64,000 bases of DNA from Thermoplasmatota archaeon (GCA_041601615.1 JBFIHX010000012.1:1-64000), one strand, 5' to 3'; shown: positions 17,015 to 26,706, counted from the stretch's first letter. Notes: a model not told the origin generated them from the sequence alone. A program made the numbers and translations.

Positions 17015-18927
17015 GGACCGCCTCGGAGGTAGGTGCCGCCGGCCAGCAGCTTGGTGTAGCGTTCCTTGAGCACGCGGGCGGTTTCGGTGTCGACGCGGCC
17101 GTTGGTTTGGAGGCGGTCGATGCGAGCACGGATGCGGCGGCGCATGTCGCTGGGGTCGTATTGGACCCAGCGTAGCATTTCGGCGACTTTGCTGCCGTCG
17201 CGGGCTCCTCGGATGCTCCAGCCGGTGGGGGAGTCGGGGTCGATGTCGACCCAGGCTTCGCTGGTTTCGCCAAACAAGTTGTGGTAGTCGCCGAGGCTGT
17301 CTTGGTAGGCGCCTACGAGGCCGACGGCGAGGCGGTAGGGTTCGCCGTTTTTGACGCCGTGTACGGGCAGTTCGTCGCGGGTGCCGTGTGGGTCGATGTA
17401 GTTGCGAATTTCGCCGTCGGAGTCGCAGGTGATGTCGGCGAGGGTGGCCAGTTCCTTCGGCTCTTCGTTGAGCCGGTGCAGGGGCAGGATGGGGAACTGT
17501 TGTTTGACGCCCCAGACGTCGGGGAGGCTCTGGAAGAGACTGAAGTTGCAGACGAGTTTTTGGCCAAGTACGCTGCGAACGTGTTGGTATTCTTCGCTCT
17601 CGGTCTCGTCTTCGGCTTCCAGGATGGTGCGGATTTGTCGGAAGATGGTGCGCAGCAGTACTTCGGCGCGGCTGAGGTCGGGTAGGTTCAGGTGCCCAAG
17701 GTCGAAGAGGGTGTACAAGTCGTCGCGGGCTTGCACGGCGTCGTGGAAGCTTTCGAAGACGGTCTTGGGGCTTAGGTCGGTTAGAAGATCGTAGAGATTC
17801 CAGAGGGGTGTTGGGTCGTCGTCGGTGCGGGCGGCGCGGTCCGGTTCGGGGTCGAGGTAGGGGATGCGGCGCATGACATCGACGACGAGCACGGCGTGTT
17901 GGCTAACTACGGCGCGGCCGGATTCTGTGATGAGGTCCGGCATGGGCACTTCGGATTCTTCGCAGACGTCTTTGACGGTGGCGACGATGGTGCTGGCGTA
18001 CTCCTCCATGTTGTAGTTGCAGGAGTTGTGGCCGCTGCTGCCGCTGCCGTCGTAGTCGACGGCCTGTCCGCCGCCGCAGTCGAGTAGCCGCAGCGGGACG
18101 CCGAGGCGGTGCAGTTCGGCGTAGATGCGGGCGGCTTCGCGCACACCTTGGGCGATGCGGCGAATGTGGCTGATTTGGCTGCCGATGTGGAAGTGCAGAA
18201 GTTGCAGTCGGTCGAGGTGGCCGGCCTCTTTGAGTTGCTCCACGGCCCAGAGGACCTCGGGGATGGTGAGGCCAAATTTGGCGCGCTCGCCGCCGCTGAG
18301 TGCCCATTTGCCGGGCGCTTTGCTGCGTAGCTTCAGGCGCAGGCCCAAAATCGGCGGGTTGGGCAATTCCTCCAGCATCGGGATGATGTGGGGCAGTTCG
18401 CCGACCTCGTCGAGCACGATGATGACGTCGTCTTTGAGGTAGGTGGCGGCGCAGGCGGCTTCCAGGAAATCTTTGTCCTTGAAGCCGTTGACCACAAGCA
18501 GGCTCTTGCGGTTCGGGTCCATGGTGAGCGCGGCCATCAATTCGGCTTTGCTGCCTACTTCGAGTCCGTAGGCCCATTTGCGGCCGGTGCGGGCCAGTTC
18601 TTGCACCACGTCGCGGCGCTGGTTGACTTTGATCGGGAAGACGCCACGGTAGCGAACGCCTTTGCAGCCGTTGTCTTTGAGGGCTTTTTGGAACGCTTGG
18701 TTGAGTCGTTCGACGCGCTTGTGCAGGAGGCTGGCAAACCGCAGCACCAGGGGGGAGGTGAATCCGTCCTCGGCAAGTTTGTTGACGACTTCGTTCAAAT
18801 CGACGCTGGTGCGTGAGGGGCCCGGTCGTACAGCGAGCGTGCCGCGTTTGGTGACGTGGAAGTTTCCCTCGCCCCAGCCGTCTACTTGGTACAGTTCTTC
18901 GGCGTCACGGACGCTCCAGTGGGCCAC
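17011..18927 (-). CDS. speA: Biosynthetic PLP-dependent arginine decarboxylase
   Basis: FPIKVNQ (PLP Lys), GLEVGSKAE, LLHFHIGSQ, ITESGRA, NFSLFQSLPDVWG, LADITCDSDG, GAYQDSLGDYHNLFG. Confidence 0.95.
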   Translation of the reverse strand: MAHWSVRDAEELYQVDGWGEGNFHVTKRGTLAVRPGPSRTSVDLNEVVNKLAEDGFTSPLVLRFASLLHKRVERLNQAFQKALKDNGCKGVRYRGVFPIKVNQRRDVVQELARTGRKWAYGLEVGSKAELMAALTMDPNRKSLLVVNGFKDKDFLEAACAATYLKDDVIIVLDEVGELPHIIPMLEELPNPPILGLRLKLRSKAPGKWALSGGERAKFGLTIPEVLWAVEQLKEAGHLDRLQLLHFHIGSQISHIRRIAQGVREAARIYAELHRLGVPLRLLDCGGGQAVDYDGSGSSGHNSCNYNMEEYASTIVATVKDVCEESEVPMPDLITESGRAVVSQHAVLVVDVMRRIPYLDPEPDRAARTDDDPTPLWNLYDLLTDLSPKTVFESFHDAVQARDDLYTLFDLGHLNLPDLSRAEVLLRTIFRQIRTILEAEDETESEEYQHVRSVLGQKLVCNFSLFQSLPDVWGVKQQFPILPLHRLNEEPKELATLADITCDSDGEIRNYIDPHGTRDELPVHGVKNGEPYRLAVGLVGAYQDSLGDYHNLFGETSEAWVDIDPDSPTGWSIRGARDGSKVAEMLRWVQYDPSDMRRRIRARIDRLQTNGRVDTETARVLKERYTKLLAGGTYLRGGP

Positions 18928-18990
18928 GCACTGTCGATTCCGGCATGTGCCTTGAACGAATCGGCACGGAAGCTCCGCCCTGAATGGGGC

Positions 18991-19893
18991 TCAAAGGTAC
19001 GCTTGGAGGGCGCCGGGGACGACTTCCACGGTGGCGGGTGTGACGCCGAGTACGTCCCCGTCGATCAAAATGGGGCTTGGTCGCTCCGGTTCCACGCGGA
19101 ACGTGGTGCCCCTCGCCAAGTGGACTTTCGGGTGTCCCCGGTGTTCGCCTTTGAAGATCTTGGAAAACAGCCCTAGCAATTGGCCACGGCTGACTTTCTC
19201 AAGGGCCAACCAGTCGAGTTGGCCGTCGCCGGCGTCTGCTTCGGGGGCAATCCACATGCCGCCGCCGGTGTAGGCTGTGTTGCAGAACGCGACCATGGGG
19301 TAGTGCCCGTTGTGGTCCGCGCCGTCGATTGACAATTGGGTCGGGTCGGAGCGCAGGCCGGCCAGTTCTCGAAGCACGGCCGCGCTGTAGCCCATTTTTC
19401 CCAGGAATTTGTATTGGCGGTTCGTGCGGTCTGCCACGCGGGCGGCAAATCCTGTGGCGACGATATTGATGCTGAAGCGCTCGCAGGCCGCTCCGTCCGC
19501 GTCGGTCCACGAGACGCGCGCGGCGTCGATGCGGCGGGGTGTTTCCTCGGCAATGCGCTGGGCTGCGTCCGCCATGGAATCGATGCCAAAGTGGCGCAGG
19601 AAGTCGTTGCCGGTGCCGCCAGGAAGCAGTCCTAGGCGAACGTCTTGGCCAACAGCCCCTTGGGCGGCCTCGCTGACTGTGCCGTCGCCTCCGACCACCA
19701 TGATGTCCTTCTCGCCGGCCTCCACGAGTTCGCGCACAAGCGGCCCCGCGTGTCCCGGGTGGTGGGTGGCGATTTTGCGCACTTGAATATCGTGCAACGC
19801 GAGGACGGCTTCTGCCTCTCGGGTGCGAAACAGGCCTCGGCCCCCACCAGCTGCAGGGTTGTACAGGAGAGGCACCGGCCCGTCGAAGGCCAT
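18991..19893 (-). CDS. Diacylglycerol/lipid kinase family (YegS/DgkB-like)
   Basis: YNPAAG, GGDGTVSE, LPGGTGNDF, GGGMWIAP, IDGD. Confidence 0.92.
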   Translation of the reverse strand: MAFDGPVPLLYNPAAGGGRGLFRTREAEAVLALHDIQVRKIATHHPGHAGPLVRELVEAGEKDIMVVGGDGTVSEAAQGAVGQDVRLGLLPGGTGNDFLRHFGIDSMADAAQRIAEETPRRIDAARVSWTDADGAACERFSINIVATGFAARVADRTNRQYKFLGKMGYSAAVLRELAGLRSDPTQLSIDGADHNGHYPMVAFCNTAYTGGGMWIAPEADAGDGQLDWLALEKVSRGQLLGLFSKIFKGEHRGHPKVHLARGTTFRVEPERPSPILIDGDVLGVTPATVEVVPGALQAYL

Positions 19894-19898
19894 ACGAA

Positions 19899-20375
19899 TC
19901 AGTCCTTGGCGACTTCCAGGCGCATCAGGACGCGGTAGTCATGGAACCCAAGGTGGCGGTAGATTTCCTGCGCCGCCTCGTTGTTCTTGAAGATCTGCAC
20001 GTCAATGGCGGTGATGCCTTCGCGGCCGCACCAGGCTTGCAGCTCCTCGACGAATTTCTTGAGGATTCCGGAGCCACGGTTTGCCTTGTTGACGTACGCG
20101 TCGCTGAGGTACGCCACACGCGTGTGGTGGTAGATCGGCGGGCGGCGCTGTTTCGTGGCAATCAGGTACCCGACAATCGCCTTGCCTTCCTGGGCAACGA
20201 GGCAGAACGTGTCCTTGCGCTGCAACATGCCCGTGGCGTAGCCGAAGAAATAATCCGCTGCGTCCTCGTTGAGGATTCGACTCTCCGTCATCTCCTCGCG
20301 CATCTTTGCGAACTCTTTCCAAAGGACGCAGATGCCCTCGATGTCGTCTTCTTCGAGCGTCCGAATGACCACCAT
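19899..20375 (-). CDS. GNAT acetyltransferase
   Basis: AYLSDAYVNKANRGSGI, NEAAQEIYRHLGF. Confidence 0.88.
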   Translation of the reverse strand: MVVIRTLEEDDIEGICVLWKEFAKMREEMTESRILNEDAADYFFGYATGMLQRKDTFCLVAQEGKAIVGYLIATKQRRPPIYHHTRVAYLSDAYVNKANRGSGILKKFVEELQAWCGREGITAIDVQIFKNNEAAQEIYRHLGFHDYRVLMRLEVAKD

Positions 20376-20515
20376 GGACGGGTGCGGCGACTTGGTGTCC
20401 TTATTTCAAGGGACTGGACTAGTTCTCTGCGGTTCGGAAGGGAGCGACAGGTTTTGAAATCTATAGTTTCTGATAAACTACTAGGGTAAAAGGAGAAGAA
20501 TATAGATTCTCGGCG

Positions 20516-21055
20516 TTAACCAATCCGATATTCGATGCCATCTGCTAGGGAGATGACTTGTGGCACTACGGGCACACAAATCAATCCATTGCAGACAAGA
20601 CCGCCAAGAACTCCCTCGGCATCCATCCACATGTGTGCCGATGTCTGTTGAAGGACATCATTGGCATCATCGGGATTGGTTTCGCAGGTGAGGGTCCAGC
20701 CGTGATTTAGCCAGGGGTCCTGGACCTTCGCGTAGCAGGTACCTGTCCCGGAATAGTTAGGGTTGCTGGCAGATGCTGAGCAAGTCTTCACGCTCACACA
20801 CTTGGCCACATATGCCCCACAAGTTCCGCTACCAGGATTGAATTTGGCATCCTTGTCCGTTGTTTGACCGGCGATTCTGATTGTACCAGGTTTGCAAACC
20901 CATGTACAACTACCAGAATCATCACCTTGTCCAGCAGTGGAGCACGTATTCGTCGGACTGTTAGGTCCGATTGTTGTACCAGTTACTGGCATTGATGATG
21001 CAAGTACCATTACCGCAGCCATCAGCGAAGTCGTTAGTATAGTCGTTTTGTTCAT
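20516..21055 (-). CDS. Secreted Cys-rich hypothetical protein (low-GC islet)
   Basis: Signal MNKTTILTTSLMAAVMVLASS; 10 Cys, Thr/Gly-rich; start may be 21070 or 21079. Confidence 0.75.
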   Translation of the reverse strand: MNKTTILTTSLMAAVMVLASSMPVTGTTIGPNSPTNTCSTAGQGDDSGSCTWVCKPGTIRIAGQTTDKDAKFNPGSGTCGAYVAKCVSVKTCSASASNPNYSGTGTCYAKVQDPWLNHGWTLTCETNPDDANDVLQQTSAHMWMDAEGVLGGLVCNGLICVPVVPQVISLADGIEYRIG

Positions 21056-21179
21056 GTTTTCACCGGGCATCTCACCCATCCTCGATGTGAGATCATGAAT
21101 AAATAGGTATTGGCAATATTTGGCCAAAAGGGCCTATTGCAGCCAATACATAGATATAGTAAATATAATATGTGGGTTC

Positions 21180-22067
21180 ATGTTTCGTTCGTCTCTGATA
21201 CTTGTTATGTTGGCGTTGTCCGGCTGTATTGCAGCCAATGGTGGAGTTGAATCGAAAGGCGACCCCGATATTTATCAACCAGACTCCAATTATACATGGT
21301 TCTGGAATACAACACTAGAGGGCGATTTAGCTGTATGGTTCAATTTATCGGCGCCCAAGGCAACTTCATGTCGAATAACTGCGGAAAATTGGGGTCATGG
21401 AGCCTCTAGAACATATGATTCCATTCTTGTGGCCCCAGTTGGCCGATTTGGAACTTGGGTTGCGGGAGGTAATTCGTTCGAATATGCACGAATTAGAAAT
21501 GATATAGTCGACAGTGGCGACATTGTACGTGAAGCCAGGGGCTGGCACTCATTCTATGTGGCTGGCACCGTGATTCAAGGAAATGAAACTTATCTAGCAG
21601 CATTTCATGATCTATCCAGGAATGCAACCCGGGACCAAGAAAGAGACACCTTGCGATTGTTCCTTGAGTGTGATGCGTCCGCCCTAACATCGGCGGTTAT
21701 TGGTAATTCAGTCAACATTTTGGATGCCCAAGATGTAGGTGCATCCGCAACAATCAATAGCGGAGCCTCGACTGGGATTGGTGAACTGCGTTGGGCCTTG
21801 GATGACCCAATCGGCTGGTTCATGGCCGGAGCCCAAGTATCAAATGCAGCTGTAATGGATTGGGAAATGGATCGAAAATCTGGAAGTTGGATGTTTACTA
21901 GTAACCCACCTTTTTTATCTACCTTATTTGATGGTAATAATATAAATATATCTTTAAAATATGCTAGTTTCGGGCCTTTAGGCGGGGTTTGGATGGCAAT
22001 GGCCGGCCAAAATGAGTCAATCGAAGTCCAATCTGGGGCACCACCATGGCCACTACTTGAAGATTGA
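21180..22067 (+). CDS. Hypothetical lipoprotein (low-GC islet)
   Basis: MFRSSLILVMLALSGC lipobox; long ORF in AT-rich DNA. Confidence 0.75.
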   Translation: MFRSSLILVMLALSGCIAANGGVESKGDPDIYQPDSNYTWFWNTTLEGDLAVWFNLSAPKATSCRITAENWGHGASRTYDSILVAPVGRFGTWVAGGNSFEYARIRNDIVDSGDIVREARGWHSFYVAGTVIQGNETYLAAFHDLSRNATRDQERDTLRLFLECDASALTSAVIGNSVNILDAQDVGASATINSGASTGIGELRWALDDPIGWFMAGAQVSNAAVMDWEMDRKSGSWMFTSNPPFLSTLFDGNNINISLKYASFGPLGGVWMAMAGQNESIEVQSGAPPWPLLED

Positions 22068-22330
22068 TTAATTCACTTCCGCGCATTCTATTGTGGTGAA
22101 GATCTTTATTTAGTAATGCTAATTAATTTTGCTATTATTTTCATCTATAGTAGTTGTATGAATGCCGTGAGCTGTTTTTATATATGCAAAATTATGTAAT
22201 TTTCAACATCACCCTATGGTCTAACCCCGCACCGACTTCATTCCGCCATAGAGCATTGATAAGCATACCGCCACTCATTCGCCTCCAAGCCCAAAATCGT
22301 CATATACGACTGCCTCTCCAAGCCAAAACC

Positions 22331-22573
22331 ATGGAAGAGCCACTTGCCCGCGTGGAGATTCGTGAAGTGGACGAAGACATGTTCGTCGCGACCCTCTGGT
22401 CCGAGGCTGAGGGGATCAAGGAACTGCGTGCGCACTCCTTGGATGCACTGTGGCGTGAGTTGACCATGGATTTGGAATTCATGGCTGGCCAGCACGGCGC
22501 GGACACCCGCGGCGTGGAGTTCTCGGCGGAAGAGGAGTTCGAGAACCTGCAGTTTGCCCAAGAGTGGGAATAA
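22331..22573 (+). CDS. Small acidic hypothetical protein
   Basis: MEEPLARVEIREVDED...; host-like codon usage; followed by a pyrimidine tract. Confidence 0.65.
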   Translation: MEEPLARVEIREVDEDMFVATLWSEAEGIKELRAHSLDALWRELTMDLEFMAGQHGADTRGVEFSAEEEFENLQFAQEWE

Positions 22574-22590
22574 GCAAGCGAATCCCCTGC

Positions 22591-22612
22591 GTTTTCTCTC
22601 CTCTTTCCTTTG
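22591..22612 (+). terminator. Pyrimidine-rich archaeal-type terminator candidate
   Basis: GTTTTCTCTCCTCTTTCCTTTG just after the stop at 22573. Confidence 0.45.
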
Positions 22613-22688
22613 CCTAGCCTCTGCTGGGTCTCGTTTGGTCCAGTGATTGGGCCAGGATTATCGTCCCGATTCGCCCGGTGCGTCCCGG

Positions 22689-23657
22689 TTATCGCTCGGG
22701 GACCGGGTGCGGGCCGTCTTCGACAAAGAGCCAGCCTTCCTCGGGCGTGAAGTTGTAGAAGACGTGCACGTAGGCGTCAAATTCTTGCTGGAGCACGACG
22801 CCAACGCCACAAGCGTCGCTGCATTGGGGCGTTGCGGCGGGGGTGCAGAGGGAACAGTCGGCGCCCACGGCGAGCGCGATGCCGGGGCCGCTGCCGACGC
22901 CGAGGTTTGTTTGGCCGACGGTGGACCCTCCGGCTCCTTTGCCGCTTCGCACGACGCTGTATTGGTTTACGCTGCACCAGAGCAGGCTTTGGCCCCAGGT
23001 TTGGCAGAGCATGTTGGTGCCGATGCCGTACGGGGAGCAGTAGTCGCCCCCGGTGCAGGAGCCGAAGGTCATGGTGAGGCTGTCGCCGGCTTGTTGGTTG
23101 CTTTCCCAGTCCAGTTCCACTTGTACGGCGTGGGGCACGCGCTCATCCACGGGCAAGAAGAATTGGGCGGTGTCTTCGCCCGCGACTCCCGTGTCCAAGT
23201 CGCAGGATTGCAGCAGGGCTCCTGCAAGCACTTCGCAGTTCAGGATGCCACGAACTTGGATCGGCAGGATGTAGGGCACCGTTTCGGGCAGGCGCGGCAG
23301 CGTGATTTTGAGGATGGCTGGGGCGCTGACGCCTGCAAGCACCTTCGCCGTGGTTTGAACCTGGTCGTGTCCCGGTTTGGAAGCGTCGAGCACATAGGTG
23401 CCGGGTTCCAGGCCGTCGAAGCCAAAGCGTCCGTCGGGGCCGGTGGTGGTTGCGTTGCGGTGGCCCTTGATGGAGACGGAGACGCCCTCAACGGGAGTGA
23501 TGGTTTCGTCGAGGATGACGCCTCGAATGACGCCGGTGGTGGCGGTGGACTTGAGGTCGTCCGTGATGGGTTCGCTGTCGGTGTCCGAGGCCTTGTCGTC
23601 GGAGCACCCCGCAAGCAGCGCTAGGACCAGCAGAAGCACGATGGGTGTCGGACGCAC
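22689..23657 (-). CDS. Lipoprotein with carboxypeptidase regulatory-like domain
   Basis: LLAGC lipobox; GVIRGVILDE..PVEGVSV...TTGPDGRF.FDGLEPGTY.L.ASKPG; Cys-rich C-terminus. Confidence 0.85.
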   Translation of the reverse strand: MRPTPIVLLLVLALLAGCSDDKASDTDSEPITDDLKSTATTGVIRGVILDETITPVEGVSVSIKGHRNATTTGPDGRFGFDGLEPGTYVLDASKPGHDQVQTTAKVLAGVSAPAILKITLPRLPETVPYILPIQVRGILNCEVLAGALLQSCDLDTGVAGEDTAQFFLPVDERVPHAVQVELDWESNQQAGDSLTMTFGSCTGGDYCSPYGIGTNMLCQTWGQSLLWCSVNQYSVVRSGKGAGGSTVGQTNLGVGSGPGIALAVGADCSLCTPAATPQCSDACGVGVVLQQEFDAYVHVFYNFTPEEGWLFVEDGPHPVPER

Positions 23658-23709
23658 AAGGGGAGCCCGGGCTAGCAAGATTTGACGTTTGCGGCGCCGC
23701 TCCGGCTAC

Positions 23710-24459
23710 CTACTGGGCTAGCCCAAGCTGTCCTTCAGGGAGTGCGGCGTCCTTGAGCACCTCGAAGCCAGGCGGAGGTACCAGTGTTGCAACATGGTGG
23801 TGCTCGGCGGCGGCCTCCACGCTTGCGACGACGGCGGCCATTCCTTGCACGTACAGGAACGCAGAGAACGACAGTGCAAGGGACGAGACGATGAGGAACA
23901 CGATGCCCGGCACCGGGGCGTCAAGCTGCAACGCAATCCAGACGGGCACTTGCAGGACCAGGGTGATTCCAAACAGGACGCCCATTGCAAGGAGTCCTCC
24001 TACCATCAGCGTCGGCGTGGAGCGCGCCAGGGGCATACAGTCCAAGGGCTGATGGCCGTACACGACGCCTGCCACATCGAAGCCGAAGGGACTGCGATCG
24101 CCGGCGCTCGGATGGAACGCATGTGCCCTGTGTGCCCACGCGCCTCGGAGGGCACTGCGGAGGGTCGGATTGGTGCCACTCCAGCGTTGGCGGCAGCTTT
24201 CGGCAACGAGAATTTTCACGAATTCACCCGTGCCCAGCGCCATCCAGTAGCCTGCTGCGAGGGAGCCAAGCACGGCGATGAACATCAGGGGATGGTTCGA
24301 GCCGGAAGCGATTGCAATGCCGACCATGGCGCCAACGGGTAGCAGGTACGCTGTCATGAACGCAAGAAAGTGCAGGGGCGGAATCCAGAAAAGTTCCCGA
24401 TCGCCGCGCAGGTGGCGCCATGCAGCTTTCCAGAGTGCTTTATTGGACACAGAATCCAA
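23710..24459 (-). CDS. Membrane protein (4 TM)
   Basis: ALWKAAWRHLRGDRELF start; four hydrophobic segments. Confidence 0.65.
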   Translation of the reverse strand: MDSVSNKALWKAAWRHLRGDRELFWIPPLHFLAFMTAYLLPVGAMVGIAIASGSNHPLMFIAVLGSLAAGYWMALGTGEFVKILVAESCRQRWSGTNPTLRSALRGAWAHRAHAFHPSAGDRSPFGFDVAGVVYGHQPLDCMPLARSTPTLMVGGLLAMGVLFGITLVLQVPVWIALQLDAPVPGIVFLIVSSLALSFSAFLYVQGMAAVVASVEAAAEHHHVATLVPPPGFEVLKDAALPEGQLGLAQ

Positions 24460-24525
24460 GGGCCTAGCAGCTAGAAAAGGGTCCGGCAGAATGGATCGGA
24501 TTGTGCAGGTGTGGGTGTGGCTGCA

Positions 24526-25743
24526 TCATGCCGGTTTGCGGCTCGCCGAGGGCGCCGAAGCGAGTCGTAGCGCGTTCCAGATCAGCCACAGGGCCATCAG
24601 GACGCCTGCGGCCATCAGAAGCGCTCCGTGCGCTACCTCTGCCATGATTTCGCCGGCAAAGAACGCCAGGAGCCCGCCGTTGAGCACCCAGATGCCGATG
24701 GCGGTGTTGCGGGGCATGACCGAACCGCTGGCAAAGTGCGATTGCACCGACAAGACGAGGTTGGTTGCCATGGCAACGAACGTGGTGTGCACGAAGACGA
24801 TTGCCAGGACAGGTGGCGGAATCTTGCCTTGTGAGAAATAGGCCATGACGGCGTAGACGAAGAGGCCGATGTAGAACGGGAACGCGACGCCGCCCCACCA
24901 GAGTGCCGGGCGCGAGCGCGGCCCCATGGGAAACACGCGCCAGCCGGTGCGGGCGAAGTAGAACCCGAACGAGACCAAGAACAGGAGCATCCCAACGGGG
25001 ATGAGCGCGCCGATGCCCACAAACAAGGCGAGACTGACGACGAAACCGGAGGTAACGCCCAGAATCATCTGCGCCATGGCGGGCTTGCTCCAGCGGCTCG
25101 AATCACCGCGCAGCAGCAGTTCTGCGATGGCTCCGAAGGCGAGCGCGAGGTACATGTCCATGGGGCCTGCGTGGGCTCCCACGGCGTCCGCGTCGTCGTT
25201 GACCGGGAACACATCCACCACGTCCGCGTGTGCAAGGCCCACGAGAATGCCCATGGTGGCGCCGAGGCCTGCTACGATGAGGGCGCCAAGCATCAGCAGG
25301 TGTGCTGTGGAGGCGACGGGGAGCTTGGAAAACTGCGTCGCGGCCAACACGAGGCCACCGAGGATCACGAGTGCCGTGGGTATGCCAAACAGGGGCAGCA
25401 TCCAGAACATGCCGTCGCCGTTGAAGGCCAGGTAGAATGCGAGGATGTAGCCGGCGACTGCGATGATGCCGACCCATGCCAACCAGAGCACGCTCTTGCG
25501 GTAGCCATCCGAGACGGAGCGCTCGCCCGTGAACAGCCAAATCGTCGTTGCCAGCACCGAGAGCGTCACCCAGCCGATGCTTCCTGAGTGGAAGTGTGCC
25601 AAGATCTGGCCGCGTGGAATCTCGCCGCTCGTGAAGACGTTGAGAATTCCCAGCAAAACCGTGGCAAGAAACAGGGCTCCGGAGCCCATGTACAGCAGAC
25701 GAACGCTGCGCCAAACGTGCGGATCGGAAACGGTGCGGACCAT
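24526..25743 (-). CDS. ~12-TM His-containing membrane protein (heme-copper-oxidase/NnrS-like fold, tentative)
   Basis: About 12 TM; intramembrane His motifs LAHFHSG, GAHAG, FVHTT. Confidence 0.75.
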   Translation of the reverse strand: MVRTVSDPHVWRSVRLLYMGSGALFLATVLLGILNVFTSGEIPRGQILAHFHSGSIGWVTLSVLATTIWLFTGERSVSDGYRKSVLWLAWVGIIAVAGYILAFYLAFNGDGMFWMLPLFGIPTALVILGGLVLAATQFSKLPVASTAHLLMLGALIVAGLGATMGILVGLAHADVVDVFPVNDDADAVGAHAGPMDMYLALAFGAIAELLLRGDSSRWSKPAMAQMILGVTSGFVVSLALFVGIGALIPVGMLLFLVSFGFYFARTGWRVFPMGPRSRPALWWGGVAFPFYIGLFVYAVMAYFSQGKIPPPVLAIVFVHTTFVAMATNLVLSVQSHFASGSVMPRNTAIGIWVLNGGLLAFFAGEIMAEVAHGALLMAAGVLMALWLIWNALRLASAPSASRKPA

Positions 25744-25830
25744 GATACTTCGCGTGGCAATCAGAATGCTCCTTGATAATCGAATCTGTATGGTTGCGCA
25801 GACGAATAGACGACAAAATCAACGAAATGT

Positions 25831-26034
25831 GGACGTTGTCCGGCCCCGACGCACACGAAACTGCAAGCAGCTCCGCGGCGAGCGAAGTCCGGACGTTGTC
25901 CGGCCTCCGCAGTCATACAGGCCTGCAAGCAGACCTGCAACAAACGGAGTCCGGACGTTGTCCGGCCCCGACGCACACGAAGCTGCAAGCAGCTCCGCGG
26001 CGAGCGAAGTCCGGACTTTGTCCGGCCTCCGCAG
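25831..26034. repeat. ~61-bp tandem repeat (x3.5; 122-bp dimer) with two internal palindromes
   Basis: GGAC(G/T)TTGTCCGGCC at 25831, 25891, 25953, 26013; CTGCAAGCAG at 25861, 25923, 25983. Confidence 0.9.
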
Positions 26035-26180
26035 CACACCGCATCACCTGACAAGGCTCCCCACCGCGGTAGGGCGCCATCAACGGGTTGAGGGCACGGA
26101 GGCCGGTTGAACGTCCGGAATTGTACGAGGGCACACTTCGAGAAAAACGTGTTCCAAGGCCGCGCCGACAGGGGGCGGGC

Positions 26181-26212
26181 CGTCTTGCAAAGGGAGGGGG
26201 AAGGGAAAGGGG
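26181..26212 (-). terminator. Pyrimidine-rich terminator candidate after rps27e
   Basis: Minus strand CCCCTTTCCCTTCCCCCTCCCT downstream of the stop at 26243. Confidence 0.45.
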
Positions 26213-26242
26213 TCCGAAACCGGAGCGAGTTGACAAATTCGC

Positions 26243-26419
26243 TTACGCGAGTTCGCCAACGATTTCAGCCACGACAACGCCGCGGCCACCGGTGGGCTTG
26301 GCGAGGGTTGCGCCGCAGACCTGACAACCGACGACCATTGCGGGTCGGTTGAAGATGATCTGTTCGCCGCCGCAGTCGCCGCACTTGACCTTGAGGAACT
26401 TGGAACTTTTTGCTGCCAT
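26243..26419 (-). CDS. rps27e: 30S ribosomal protein S27e
   Basis: SKFLKVKCGDCGGEQIIF...CQVCGATLAKPTGG. Confidence 0.96.
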   Translation of the reverse strand: MAAKSSKFLKVKCGDCGGEQIIFNRPAMVVGCQVCGATLAKPTGGRGVVVAEIVGELA

Positions 26420-26424
26420 GGGAA

Positions 26425-26706
26425 TCACTCCGTCAGTTCGAACTTCTTGGCTCGCTGTGCGGCAGGCTGAACCTTTTTGCCGCACGCTTGGCACGCGAAA
26501 CGAAGCAGGATGCGCTTCGTGGGTTTTTCGCGGCCTTCGGGCTTGGGACGCGGGAAACCCACGTATCCAGCGGTCACGCGTCGGAAACGACGTTGACCCC
26601 ACTTCAGTTCACTCGCGCGGCGCTTCTTGACACGCTCGACCTCGACGGTCTGGTGCTTTTTGCACGAGGGGCAGTATCGCTTGATGGTGCGAGGCATCTT
26701 TACCAT
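26425..26706 (-). CDS. rpl44e: 50S ribosomal protein L44e (eL42)
   Basis: MVKMPRTIKRYCPSCKKH...LKWGQRRFRR...KPTKRILLRFACQACGK; AGGTGA SD upstream. Confidence 0.96.
   Translation of the reverse strand: MVKMPRTIKRYCPSCKKHQTVEVERVKKRRASELKWGQRRFRRVTAGYVGFPRPKPEGREKPTKRILLRFACQACGKKVQPAAQRAKKFELTE

Noticed and set aside
19089-19102. Second parS-like site
   Set aside because: Inside coding sequence (FRVEP codons) with mismatched flanks; probably chance unless a ParB is found
25831-26034. CRISPR mini-array
   Set aside because: The 'spacers' are copies or relatives of one another, the repeat is only ~20 bp, and no cas genes are in the window
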